Positions 1 through 13,110 are shown, numbered from the stretch's first letter. The stretch: DNA of 64,000 nt from the human T2T-CHM13v2.0 reference genome, Homo sapiens (GCF_009914755.1 NC_060926.1), one strand, 5' to 3'. The notes: generated from the sequence alone by a model not told the origin. A program made the numbers and translations.

Positions 1-363
1 ATCTCTAATATCCTTTCTTCTGCTTGATCAATTTAGCTTTTGATACTTGTGTATGTTCACAAAGTTCTTGTGCTGTGTTTTTCAGCTCCATCAGATCATT
101 TATGTTCTTCTCTAAACTGTTTATTCTAGTTAGCAATTCCTCTAACCTTTTTTCAAAGTTCTTAGCTTCCCTGCATTGGGTTAGAACATTGCCCTTTAGC
201 TCAGAGGAGTTTGTTATTACCCACCTTTTGAAGCCTACTTCTGTCAATTCATCAAACTCATTCTCCATCCAGTTTTGTTCCCTTTCTGGCGAGGAGTTGT
301 GATCCTTTGGAGGAGGATCTGGTTTTTGGATTTTTCAGCCTTTTTGTGCTGGTTTTTCCTCAT
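1..363 (-). pseudogene. Frameshifted L1 ORF1p N-terminus (coiled-coil region)
   Basis: ATG AGG AAA AAC CAG CAC (MRKNQHKK...) at 363 is out of frame with the MENEFDEL segment; a second shift near ELCEHT. Confidence 0.88.
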
Positions 364-1074
364 CTTCGTGGATTTATCTACCTTTTGTCTTTGATGTTGG
401 TGACCTTCGAATGGGGTTTTGGTGTGGTCATCCTTTTTGTTGATGTTGATGCTATTCCTTTCTTTTTGTTAGTTTTCCTTCTAATAGTCAGGCCCCTCTT
501 CTGCAGGTCTGCTGGAGTTTACTGGAGGTCCACTCCAGACCCTATTTGCCTGGGTATCACCAGCAGAGGCTGCAGAACAGCAAAGATTGCTTTCTGTTTC
601 TTCCTCTGGAAGCTTCACCCCAGAGGGGCACCTGCCAGATGCCAGCTGGAGCTCTCCTGTATGAGGCGTCTGTCGATCCCTGCTGGGAGGTGTCTCCCAG
701 TCAGGAGGCACAGTGGTCAGGGACCCACTTGAGGAGGCAGTCTATCCCTTAGCAGAGCTTGAGCGCTGTGCTGGGAGATCCACTGCTCTCTTCAGAGCCA
801 GCAGGCAGGTACATTTAAGTTGGCTGAAGCTGTGTCCACAGCCACCCCTTCCCCTAGGTGCTCTGTTTCAGGGAGATGGGAGTTTTATATAAAAGCCCCT
901 GATTGGGGCTGCTGCCTTTCTTTCAGAGATGCCCTTCCTTTCAGAGAGGAGGAATCTAGAGATGCAGTCTGGCTGCAGCGGCTTTGCCCAGCTGCGGTGG
1001 GCTCCACCCAGTCTGAACTTCCCAGGGGCTTTGTTTACACTGTGAGGGGAAAACTGCCTACTCAAGCCTCAGTA

Positions 1075-1521
1075 ATGGTGGACACCCCTCCCCCAACCAA
1101 GCTTGAGTGTCCCAGGTCGACTTCAGACTGCTGTGCTGGCAGTGAGAATTTCAAGCTAGTTGATCTTAGCTTGCTGGGCTCTGTGCGGGTGGGATCCACT
1201 TGGCTCCCTGACTTCAGCCCCCTTCTCAGGGGAGTGAATGGTTCTGTCTCGCTGGCATTCCAGGCACCACTGGTGTATGAAAAAAAATTCCTGCAGCAAG
1301 CTGGGTGTCTGCTCAAACGGCTGCCCAGTTTTGTGCTTGAAACCCAGGGCCCTTGTGGTATAGGTACCCGAGGGAATCTCCTGGTCTGTGGGTTGCAAAG
1401 ACCATGGGAAAAGTGTAGTATCTGGTCCAGAATGCACTGTTTCTCATGGCACAGTCCCTCACTACTTCCCTTGGCTAGGGGAAGGAGTTCCCTGACCCCT
1501 TGCACTTTCCAGGTTAGGTGA
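1075..1521 (+). CDS. Putative L1 antisense ORF0 homolog, 148 aa (expression unknown)
   Basis: gtaATGg context; MVDTPPPTKLECPRSTSDCCAG and GNLLVCGLQRPWEKCSIW resemble the N- and C-terminal parts of L1HS ORF0 as recalled (MAGAPPPASLPPCSLISDCCAS; YNLVVRRFLSRSEKRNIR). Confidence 0.35.
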   Translation: MVDTPPPTKLECPRSTSDCCAGSENFKLVDLSLLGSVRVGSTWLPDFSPLLRGVNGSVSLAFQAPLVYEKKFLQQAGCLLKRLPSFVLETQGPCGIGTRGNLLVCGLQRPWEKCSIWSRMHCFSWHSPSLLPLARGRSSLTPCTFQVR

Positions 1522-2035
1522 CCCCCCACCCTGCTCCTGCTCACCCTCCATTGGCTGCACCCACTGTTTAACCAGTCCCAGTGAGATGAACCGGGTACCT
1601 TAGTTGGAAATGCAGAAATTTCCCACCTTCTGCATTGGTCTCACTGGGAGCTGCAGACTGGAGCTGTTCCTATTTGCCCATCTTGCCTGTCACCCTTAAA
1701 ATTCATTTTAACCCCCAAAGGAAGTGCTCCTCAAACAATGAAATGAACACATTCTGAATACTAGAAAGAGAAGTCATCTGAGTGGTGATTTGAGTGGATT
1801 TTGAGGGAGTGGTAAATTTCATCTGAACTGCATCTGAGCTCCTTTTTCCTTCTGAGTACCTTCTCAAGGGGCTGAGGAATCTGCAGGTGTTTTGGGCATG
1901 ATTTCCCTGGAAGGGTCTGATGTTTTTTTCCAGGGTTGGCTCAGTATGATATGAAAAGATGATAATGTGAGTGCCTTTGCTACCCATTGCCTTGTGTGTC
2001 AGGGCGAGGTTCTATCTTATCAAGGAGCATCAGGT

Positions 2036-2265
2036 GTCTGTCAGCCTCTGAGTTGGAAGATTTGATGGCAAATTTTTTTACTGTATAAGCAACTTGGCTA
2101 ATTACCTGTCAATTTTGATTTATGTGTTGTTTCAGATCTCTGTACTGCTGAACAACCTGATCTATGACTTACTACTTGGATTACTGCTTTCAAATATCTG
2201 GGTGACTGTAAAGTGATAAGGTCTTAGGGAATATGGTCAATAATCAGACAGTCTCCATGACAGGG
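2036..2265. promoter_or_regulatory. Candidate HOX/PBX/MEIS motif cluster
   Basis: TAATTA 2099-2104, CTGTCA 2106-2111, TGATTTATG 2116-2124, further CTGTCA 2038 and TGACAG 2258, in repeat-free DNA. Confidence 0.35.
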
Positions 2266-2779
2266 CTGCAGGCGACTTACTTGTAATGTGATGTTCCAGC
2301 ATAACTGTGAAAAATTACGTGGCCTTCCTACCTGAAACACATTTAAGATTGTTCAGGAACTATGACTACCAGCTGGCCTTTCTTTAATGCATCATTCTTA
2401 GCTTACCTTTTTCAACTGCCAACAGTAGTTTGGAATATTGTAGTCAAAGCTTTTTGGACTTTGCTTTCAGAGTTGCAAAGTGCCTTAGTGTTTTGTCTGA
2501 AATGCTTTGGTAGACATCGTGATGGTACTGAATGAGATGTGGTATAAGTGAAGAAATGGACTGTATTTTTATTTCTTTACTTCATGTGTGGGAAAGCCAG
2601 TTTTCCAAAAACGTCTTTACTATGCTTAATCACATTCTGCGATTGTAGTTAGAACATCTTGTTTTCACTGTGAGGGCAGATTTTCAATAAGTAGTTGATA
2701 CTGGTGACCAATGGGCTGTGGAGATAAGTGAGAATATAATGTCAGCATAAGCTGCAAACAATTTACGTTCAGTTTCAGT

Positions 2780-3321
2780 GATCTTTGCTATTCCTTGCAT
2801 CAAGAGGTAATATCTATTATATCATCCTACGCCTTGAGTCTGTATGGTCCTATGATTTGCTTTTACCCATAGAATTCAGTGGAAGTTGTACAACTTTGGA
2901 GCCCAATTCTTGAGAGACTTTATAGATTCCCCTGTTGCCTTCTTAAAATGCTGCTATGTGAAGTCCACAGTCTGCTATGTAACAAAGCCTAATCTAGCTT
3001 ATTAAATGGAATAAGGCCACATGGAGCAAAGATGAGCCACCCAGCTAAGGACCCCTGGACCCACCAGCTGACAGCCACTATCAGCCTGTTGACATGGGAG
3101 TCATGCATCTTGGGCCATATTAGGTTTTCCAGTCCTAGTCAAGCTTGCAGATGACTGCAGCTGTATGAATGACCCCAGGTGGGACTAGAAGAGAAACTGC
3201 CCCAGAGCCCAGCCCAGATTTCTAGCCCCCAAAATCATAAAGGAATAGGAAAAAATGTAAAGGTTGTTTTAAGCCAGCACATTTTGGGATTGTTTTTTAT
3301 GTAGTAATAGATAACTGATAC
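2780..3321 (+). mobile_element. MLT1-family (MLT1F/G/H-like) MaLR solo LTR
   Basis: Ends ...ttttaagcca...atagataactgataca; internal ccagctgacagcc and gatgactgcagc motifs. Confidence 0.75.
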
Positions 3322-3376
3322 AGAGGGAAAAACTGAGAAATCAAGCAAATTCTATTACTATCAAATGTTAGCTTTT

Positions 3377-3504
3377 CTTAAAATTTATTTTTAATAGAAA
3401 TGGGGTCTCAATATGTTGACCAGGTTGGACTTGAACTCCTGGCCTCAAGCGATCCTCCCATCTCGGCCTCTCAAAGTGCTAGGCATGAGCCACCATGCCT
3501 GCCC
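3377..3504 (-). mobile_element. FLAM / Alu left monomer
   Basis: Single Alu arm; TSD aaa(t/c)gttagctttt at 3363-3376 and 3505-3518. Confidence 0.9.
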
Positions 3505-3671
3505 AAACGTTAGCTTTTATAATTTTATTGAGAAATAAGACTTAAAGAAATTGGACTATAACTTGTTAGATCCTGGAAGTTTAGTGCAAGAAGGGATTTT
3601 AGAGGTTATTCCTCTAATTCTTTCAATTGCTGACATTATTTTCTTTTTTATTTCAGAAAAAAATTATCTAT

Positions 3672-4165
3672 TTATTTATTTGTTTTATTTATTAATTTTT
3701 TATTATACTTTAAGTTCTGGGATACATGTGCAGACTGTTATGTGTGAATTTGAATCTGTCATTATGATGCTAGCTGATTATTTTGCCCATTAGTCGATGC
3801 AGTTTCTTCCTACTGTTGATGGTCTTTACATTTTGGTTTGTTTTTTCAGTGGCTGGTACTGGTTTTTCCTTTCCATATTTAGTGCTTCCTTCAGGAGCTT
3901 TTGTAAGGCAGGCCTGGTGGTGACAAAATCCCTCAGCATTTGCTTGTCTGGAAAGGATTTTATTTCTCCTTCGCTTATGAAGCTTAGTTTGGCTGGATAT
4001 AAAATTCTGGGTTGAAGATTCTTTTCTTTAGGAATGCTGAGTATTGGCTCCCACTCTCTTCTGACTTGTAGGGTTTCTGCAGAGAGATCTACTGTTAGTC
4101 TGATGGGCTTCCCTTCATGAGTAACCTGACCGTTCTCTCTGTCTGCTCTTAACATTTTTTCTTTC
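3672..4165 (-). mobile_element. L1PA fragment: extreme 3' end and poly(A) joined directly to the ORF1 C-terminus / ORF2 start
   Basis: tttattatactttaagttctgggatacatgtgcaga (L1 3' terminus) abuts the ORF2 start region at ~3735; ORF 3826-4200 encodes ORF1p CTD (PIRLTVDLSAETLQ...RILYPAKLSF...LLKEALNMER). Confidence 0.9.
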
Positions 4166-4166
4166 T

Positions 4167-4373
4167 GTAAAGCTATAGGGGTGGAGCGGCCCAAGACCAC
4201 AGGAACCCACCTCTTACATCAGCATGATCTGGATGTAAGACATGGAGTCAAAGGAGATCATTTTGGGGCTTTAAGATTTGACTGCTCCCCTGGATTTTGG
4301 ACTTGCATGTGGTCTGTAGCCCCTTTGTTTTTGCCATTTCTCCCATTTGAATCAGCTGTATTTACCCAATGCC
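4167..4373 (+). mobile_element. THE1/MST internal (MaLR-int) fragment without LTR
   Basis: gacatggagtcaaaggagatcattttggggctttaagatttgactgc...ttggacttgcatg matches THE1-int as recalled. Confidence 0.85.
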
Positions 4374-4377
4374 ACTG

Positions 4378-5002
4378 ATACACTGCTGGTGGGAATGTAA
4401 ATTGATTCTGCCATTGTGGAAAGCAGTGTGGAGATTTCTCAAAGAACTTAAAACAGAACTACCTTCAACCCAGCAATCCCATGGTTGGGTATATAACTAA
4501 AGAAATATAAATTGTTCTACCATAAAGATACATGCTGTGTGTATTCATCACAGCACTATTCACAATAGCAAAGACATGGAATCAACCTAAAGGCCCATCA
4601 ATGGCAGACTGCATAAAGAAACTGTGGTACATATACACCATGGAATACTATGCAGCCATAAAAAATGAGGTCATGTCCTTTGCAGTAATATGGGTGGAGC
4701 AAGAGGCGATTATCCTAAGTGAACTAACACAGGAACAGAAAACAAAATACTGCATGTTCTCACTTATAAGTGGGAACTAAACATTAAGTACACATGGACA
4801 CAAAGAAAGAAACAATAGACACCAGAGCCTACATGTGGCTGGAGGGCAGGAGGAGGGAGGGGATAAAAAAACCTGCCTATTGGGTACTATGCTTATTACC
4901 TAGGTGCAAATTAATCTGTATACCAAACTCCTATGACATGCAATTTACCTATGTAACAAACCTGCACATATACCCCTGAACCTAAAATAAAAGTTGAAAA
5001 AA
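4378..5002 (+). mobile_element. L1 3' end (L1PA15-16/L1PB-like): ORF2 C-terminus and 3'UTR
   Basis: ORF 4532-4780 (FITALFTIAKTWNQP...WYIYTMEYYAAIK); terminus cctgaacctaaaataaaagt. Confidence 0.88.
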
Positions 5003-6470
5003 TATCTATACTGTTATGACAATAAGGTATTTTATGTAAGCCTCATGGTAATCACAAAGCAAAAACCTGTCATACATATGCAAAAGATAAAGAGAAAGGA
5101 ATCAAAACATGCCACTATTTAAAAAAATAATCAAACTACAGAACAAAACAGCAAGAGTGGAAGAAAGGCATAATAGAACTACAAAACAGAAAATAATTAA
5201 CAAAATTGCAGTAGTAAGTCCTTACCTATCAATAATTACTTTAAATCCAATGGATTAAATTTTCCAATCCAAAGAGGTAGAGTGACTGAATTGACTATAA
5301 AACAAGATCCAACTAAATGTTGCCTAGGAGAGACTCACTTTAGCTTTAAGGATACATAGGCTGAAAGTGGAGGGATGGAAAAATATATTTCCTTCAAATC
5401 ATAACCAAAAGAGAGCAAGCCTGGCTATACTTCTATCAGACAAAATAGACTTTGAGTAAAAAAGTTGTCACAAGAGACAGATAAGGTCATTACATTATAA
5501 TAAAGGGGCCAATTCTTCGAGAGGTTATAATATTTGTAAATATATATGCACCTAACAACAGAGCGCCTAAATATTTAAAGCAAATATTAACAAAACAGAA
5601 GAGAGAACTAGGCAGCAATACAATAATGGTAAGGAACTTCGATACCCACTTCTAACAATGGGTAGATTTTTTCAGACAGAAAATCAATAATGAAATAGCA
5701 GAATTGAACAATATTATAGGCCAAATGAATCTGATAGACATATATAGAGTATTCCACCCAACAGTAGCAGAAGACACAGTCTTCTCAAGAACACATGGAG
5801 CATTTTCTAGGACATATTATATGTTTGGCTACAAAACAAGTCTTTAAAAATTTAAGAATATTGAAATATATTAAATATCTTTTCTGATTACAATGTTATA
5901 AAAGTAGAAATCAATAACAGGAGGAAAGCTGAAAATGTTACAGATATCAAGACACATACTCATGAACAACCAATGGGTCCAAGAAGAAGTCAAAATAAAA
6001 ATAAGAAAATATCTAGGGACAAATGAAACACCACACTCCAAAACTTATTGGATGCCACAAAAGCAGTTCTAAGAGGAAAGCTTATGGCAATAAACACCTA
6101 CACTAAGAAAAATGGAAGATTTCAAATGAACAACATAACTTTACACCTCAAGAACTGGAAAAAGAAGAACAAACTAAGTCTAAAATTAGCAGAAGACAGT
6201 ACATAATAAAGATCAGAGCAGAAATAAATAAAAGAGACTAGAAAAAATAGACGAGATCAATAAAATTGATTGTTTTTGTTTTTAAGATAAACAAAATTGA
6301 TAAACCGTTAATGAGGCTAAGTGAAAAAAGAGGGAGGACTCAAATCAAAGTATAAATGGAAAAGAGGGTATTACAACTGATATCACAGAAATACCAAGGA
6401 TTATAAGAAACTACTGTGAACAATAATATGCCCATAAATTGCATAACCTAGAAGAAATAGATAAATTTCC

Positions 6471-6571
6471 ATGAACACATAAGCTTTTAGCATCATGTTG
6501 GCACTCAAAAAGTTTCAGGTTTTGGATCATTTTGGATTTTGACTTTTCAGATTTTAAATGTTCAAATTGTA
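6471..6571 (+). mobile_element. MER46A/Tigger4-type DNA transposon, 3' part, inside L1M
   Basis: catcatgttggcactcaaaaagtttcaggttttgga...ttcaaattgTA; breaks the L1 at ttcc|TAgaa. Confidence 0.75.
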
Positions 6572-6713
6572 CTATAATGGTAGCGCATAAATCATTTTTT
6601 TTGTACTATAGAAATATATAACATGCCAAGACTAAATCATGAAAAACAGGAAAACCTGGACAGACCAGTAGTGAGTAAGGAGATTGAATCTGTAATTAAA
6701 AATATCCCAAAAA

Positions 6714-7039
<326 letters not shown>

Positions 7040-7508
7040 TCAGATAGCTTCACTGGTAAGTTCTACCAAACATTTAAAGAAGGGTTAATGCCAATTCTTC
7101 TCCAACTCTTACACAAAAATTGAAGAGGAAGGAGAACTTCCAAACGCATTCTGAGGTATACCTAAGCCAGACAAGGACAAAACAAGAAAAAAAAATTATA
7201 GGCCAACATCCCTGATGAACATAGATGTTAAAATCCTCAGCAAAATACTAGCAAACTGAATTCAGTAGCATATTAAAAGGACCATACTTTGTGATCAAGT
7301 GGGATTTATCCCTGGGAGGCAAGGATGGCTCAACATATACAAATCAATAAATATAATCCAACATATTAACAGAATGAAGAATAAAAATCATGATCACCTT
7401 CATAGATGCAGAAAAAGCATTTTGCAAGATTCAACATTCCTTTATTCAACATTCCTCAACAAATTGAGTATAGGAAAAATATACCTCAACATAAAAAAGG
7501 CCATACAT

Positions 7509-7874
<366 letters not shown>

Positions 7875-10287
7875 CTAAGATTAGCAATAAGACAAAGATG
7901 CCCACTCTTAGCATTTCTATTCAGTAGAGTAGTGGAAGTCCTAGCCAGAGCAATCAGGCAAGAAAAAGAAATAACGCCACCTAAATCGGCAAGGAAGAAG
8001 TTAAATTGTCCTGTTTGTAGATGACATCATTTTATCCATAGAAAACTCTACAATTCCACTTGAAAACTGTTAGAACTAATACGTGAATTCAGTAAAGTTG
8101 TAGAATACAAAATCAACATGCAAAAATCAGTTGTGTTTCCATGTACTAACAATAAACTATCTGAAAAAAAATTTAGAATGCAATTCCATTGACAATAGTA
8201 TCAAAAAGATAAAATACCTAAGCATAAATTTAACCAAGGAAGCAAAAGATCTTTACCCTGAAAATTATACAACATTGATAAAAGAAATTAGACACAAATA
8301 AATGAAAACATATTCTATGTTCATGGATTGGAAGAATTAATATTGCTAAAATGTTCGTACTACCCGAAGCAATCTATAGATTCATTGCAATCTCTATAAA
8401 ACTTCCAGTGACATTTTCATGGAAATAGAAAAAGCAATCTTAAAATTCATATGGAACTATGACCCTGAAAGCAATCTTGAAAGAAAAAAAGCTAAAAGAA
8501 GTATCTTTCCTGATTTCAAATTATATTACAAAATTATAGGAATCAAAGCAGTATGATATTGGCATTAAAACAGACACATAAACTAATGAAATAGAATGAA
8601 GAGCCCAGAAATAAACCCACACATATATAGTCACCTAATTTTCTATAAGGGTGCCAAGAATACACAGTGGAGAAAGGATAGTCTCTTCAACAAATGGTGT
8701 TGGGAAAACTGGATATCCACATGCAAATAAAGGAAGTTGGGTTGTTATCTTGCACCCTACACAAAAATCAACCCAGAATTTATTAAAGACTTAAATATAA
8801 GACCTGAAACTGTAAAACTCCCAGAAGAACTCATAGGAAAAAGCTCTTTGACATTATCCTTGGCAATGATTTTTTGGCTTTGATACCAAAAACACAGACA
8901 ACAAAAGCAAAAATGAACAAGTGGTACTACATCAAACTAAAAAACTTCTGTGCAGCCAAAGAAACAATTAACAAAATTAAGAAATGAGAGAAAATATTTG
9001 CAAACCATATATCTGATAAGGGATTTTATCCAAAATATAGAAGGCATTTATGCAACTGAATAGCAAAAACATAACAAAAATCAAATAATTAAATTAAAAA
9101 TGGGCAAATGTTCTGAAAGACATTTCTCCAAGGAAGACAAAAGGCCAACAGGTATATGACAATGTGCTCACCATCATTAATTATCAGGGAAATGAATGTC
9201 ACAACCACAATGAACCATTACCTCGTATCTTAGAATGGCTGTTATTAAAACAACAAGAGGTATATATAAAAAAAATTAAAATCAGGATCTAGAAGAGATT
9301 TTGGCATTCCTGTGGTCACTACAGCATTATTCATAATAGCCAAGATCTGGAAGCAACTTAATTGTCTGTTGATGGGTGAATGGGATAAAGAAATTGTGGT
9401 ATGTACATACAATGGAATATTGCTCAGCCTTATAAAAGAAGGAAATCCCATCATTTGTAACAAAATGGATAGACTTGGAGAGTATTATGTTCAGTGAAAT
9501 AAACCAGAAACAGAAAGACAAATACTGTATGATCTCACTAAATGTAGAATCTAAAACACTCAAACTCACAGAAGCAGAGAATAGCATGTTGGTCAGAGGT
9601 GATGGTTAAAGGGTATTATGTTTCAGTTATGCAAGATAAATAAGTTCTGCTTATACTGAATCTACAGCGTAGTGCTTATAGCTAACAATACTGTACTATA
9701 TACTTAAAATTTTTTGAAAAAGTAGATCTTATGTTAAATGTTCTTACCAGAAAACAAACAAAAAAACCCACAAATAAATACCGCCTTCCAAACCCAAGGA
9801 CAAAAATAAAAGGGATTGGAGGAGACTTTGGGAGATGGATATGTTCATGATGGATATGTTCATGGCCTTGATGGTTTCATGGGTATGTGTTTATCCCCAA
9901 ACTCATTGAATTGTATGCATTAAATATATATAGTTTTTAATATGTCAGTCATACCTCAATAAAGTGGTATAAAACATAAAAGAGTATAACTGTTCTTCAC
10001 AGACTCTTCTGAAGTGCTCATAACTTTCCTAAGAACATTCCCAGCATCTGATCATCACTGCAGAAATGGTGAAAACAAGAGGTCACCTCCTATATTTTCA
10101 AGACAAGAAAACAGAGAAGCAAGTGTCAGTCCTGGGATTCATCCCCAGGCCTCCTGGCCATCTGTTCAGGTTTCCTTCCTGCAGACCAGGCCATCTCAAT
10201 GACCTTCAGAAGGTGGCCAAGGACCCTGTGATTCTGTGACATGGCTGGCCAGTCATGTTATACTGTGTCTGTGTATTTATGTGTACC

Positions 10288-10692
10288 TATGGTAGACATG
10301 AGATGCTCTGTCCAGGTGTCCAGATCTTCCTTCAAGAAAGAAGGATCAAACAGCCTCCAGCATCAGGAGCTTCAGGGTTGGCCTCAGCTGCTGAGAACTG
10401 CCTCACTTGCGGTCAAATCTTTCCAGGACAACCTGTGTCAGATGACTGAGCAAGACGGGTCATAAAAGTCCGGCCACTTTGGCCTCACTTGGGACAGCTC
10501 TGACAGGCAATATTTGATCTGAAACTTCCTGCCAGATTGGCAGGAGCTTTGTCAGGCCTGCATCAACATTTGCCTTCTCCCTCTGCCCGATCCTGCATCT
10601 GCCCGCTTCTTTCCACAGGTATGGATACATAGTAAACATTCTTACCTCATATTCTGTCCCAGCATCTGCTTCCAGACAACCCAGCCTGTGAC
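10288..10692 (+). mobile_element. LTR16-family ERVL solo LTR
   Basis: ggcctcagctgctgagaactgcctc...tttgtcaggcctgcatc...catctgcttccagacaacccagcctgtgaca. Confidence 0.75.
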
Positions 10693-10764
10693 AGTCCCCT
10701 GTCTTTTCTCTCCCATTTGACAAAGAACACTGTCAGAGATTAGAGAGACAAGACAGGCTGTAGA

Positions 10765-11440
10765 TGAATGGCCCACTGGCATATTTTGATTGGCCTGTAC
10801 AGTTGTATTAGTCTGTTTTCATGCTGCTAATAAAGACATACCTGAGACTGGGTAATTTATAAAGGAAAAGAGGTTTAATGGACTCATAGTTCCATGTGGC
10901 TGAGGAGGCCTCATAATCATGGTGGAAGGCAAAAGGCATGTCTTACATGGCAGCAGCCAAGACAGAAATGAGAGCCAAGTGAAAGGGATTTCCCTTTATA
11001 AAACCATCAGATCCTGTGAGACTTATTCCCTACCAGGAGAACAGTATGGGGGAAACTGCCCCTGTGATTCAATTATCTCCCACCAGGTCCCACAACACTT
11101 GGGAATTATGGGAGCTATAATTCAAAATGAGATTTGGGTGGGAACACAGCCAAACCATATCTGCAGTGTGGTTTGTATACAGATGAGTCAGTATAGAAAA
11201 ACTGGAATATTACCCATAAAATCTAAATTTCTATATTCTATTTAAAAATTAGATGATCAGGCAACATTGGCCCTTTATTCTTGAATAAGAGACTATTGGT
11301 TGGGGCTGAAGAGTGGCTTCCTCCTTTAGAGAGACGAGTTCTCCAGCTTGTCAAAGTCCCCAGAACTTTCTACAGACTTGTACCTGTTCACCTCCCTCCC
11401 TTGTGTTATCTCCCTGACTCCTATGAACATCTGAGCTTTT
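10765..11440 (+). mobile_element. MER102-like hAT-Charlie element split by a THE1 LTR
   Basis: ttacccataaaatctaaattt...gatcaggcaacattggccc...gtccccag. Confidence 0.6.
10804..11162 (-). mobile_element. THE1B/C solo LTR
   Basis: tgtattagtctgttttcatgctgctaataaagac...acacagccaaaccatat; 5-bp TSD acagt/gcagt. Confidence 0.95.
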
Positions 11441-11649
11441 CTTTTGACAAATATAGATGGTTCAACAGATGGAAAGCAGAATCTTTCCTGTGCTACCATA
11501 TCTTTTTGATTCGATATGGATCTTTAAGAATTGGATTTCTCTCGGTTTAAGGCCACGAGAGCCTTTTGCTGGGTCCTTGGTTTAGCTAAGCACTCAGGGC
11601 CACTATCGCTGCCCTCTGTCACTCACCACCCCCAGAAAAAGGTGTTCTC

Positions 11650-11884
11650 CATGGACACATGGCAGGGAACAACACATACTGGGGCCTGTCGGGGGATAGG
11701 GGGTGGGAGGAGGGAAAGCATCAGGAAGAATAGCTAATGGATGCCAGGCTTAGTACTTAGGTGATGGGATGATCTATGCAGCTAATCGCCATCCGTGGCA
11801 CACGTTTAACTATGTAACAAACCTGCACATCCTGCAAATGTACCCCTGAACTTAAAGTAAAAGTTGGAAATAAAAAAATAGAAA
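11650..11884 (+). mobile_element. Heavily 5'-truncated L1PA (PA11-13-like) 3' end
   Basis: Perfect 16-bp TSD agaaaaaggtgttctc at 11634-11649 and 11885-11900; L1 terminus cccctgaacttaaagtaaaag. Confidence 0.93.
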
Positions 11885-13110
11885 AGAAAAAGGTGTTCTC
11901 TTCAGTGAGGTTCATGTCAGACACCGCCTACATCGAGAAACCATATTTATTTCTTTTTACAAAGAGTATCATATTTTTTCACTATAAAACTCATTTTTAT
12001 TATTGAATATTTGTTACCCTCAAAGGCTAACATTTTTCCAAAAATGAATATATCTCTCAATGTGCTTAGGTTGATAGTGGAGCCCTCCAGCCAAAGAAGC
12101 AGAATAACCAGAAACTCCTCAAACAGGGCCATGCCACCTCCCTTCTTGTCACCAATATTGCCTGTGGCCAGGTGTCCAGAGCTATATGGAAAGCCTCTTT
12201 GCCAGCCAAGTCTAATGCCTCTTCCCCCCGAATAAATTGCTTCTGCTTCTTCAGGGGGTCGTAATTATGTAAGACTCAATAATTATATAACAAATTGCTT
12301 TGAAGTGATTATTTAAATTATGCATTGGCAGGAATCGGGTATTCAACTATAATGAGCTTCATTGGTTATGAAAATGTCTTCTCTGAGCTGATACAATAAC
12401 TGCTTCTGTCTGTTGCTGTTTGAAATATGGGCCAGCTGGAAGACTTCAAAAACTTAGATTGAATCACATTCAGAATATAAAAGACATTGTAAAGGGGTTG
12501 GCTCCCTTTTGTATCTTCTGTTCCTGGGCAATAAGGGTCCTTAGCCTTGGCCACAAAATGGGGCTCTGATGGGGCTTCCTGCTAGGACAGGTGGAGCTGG
12601 TGCCCAAAGAACCAGATCAGTACAAGGCTAGGGGGACTGCAGCTTTCCAGCAGGAGTTCCCTTGGCATGAAGAGCTTGAGGGGGACCTAGACCTCCAGGC
12701 GTCTGGTCCCCTTTCTCCTCCCTACCTGCTCAGCCCACTTGGAGAAGGAGATGTGTGTTTAGTGGGCTCTGTGCTGTGCTAACCCTCCCACAGCTTCCCT
12801 GAAGGCTGCCGCTTAGGGATAGCGGATGCTGGGAGTGTGTTGGAATGCCTGTTCCCAGGTGAATCATTACTATGTGGAGCCCCAGCAGGCTGGAACAGGC
12901 TGGCATGGTCCAACGCAGAGGAGTAGGAGGAGCCCAAACCCCTCAGCCCATGAACTTGCCTCTCTCACACCCAGAGCACCTGGACCAACCAGGAGAAGAC
13001 CTTCGAGATGAACCTCTAGCAGCCAAAGGCATTCAGGTTTTACCAGAAGGGCCTCCAGGAAATCTTGACAAATAAGGGCTATGTTTCTGGCCATCGTGGC
13101 CTCCCTAGGC

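Larger units (their letters stand above)
1..1695 (-). mobile_element. L1 (L1PA7/L1PA8-like) 5' end: ~1.3 kb 5'UTR plus start of ORF1; continues left of the window
   Basis: Minus strand starts GGCAAGATGGGCAAATAGGAACAGCTCC (L1PA 5' terminus, YY1 site altered); ORF1 ATG at 363; peptide MENEFDELTEVGFKRWVITNSSELK is typical of older L1PA ORF1p. Confidence 0.93.
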
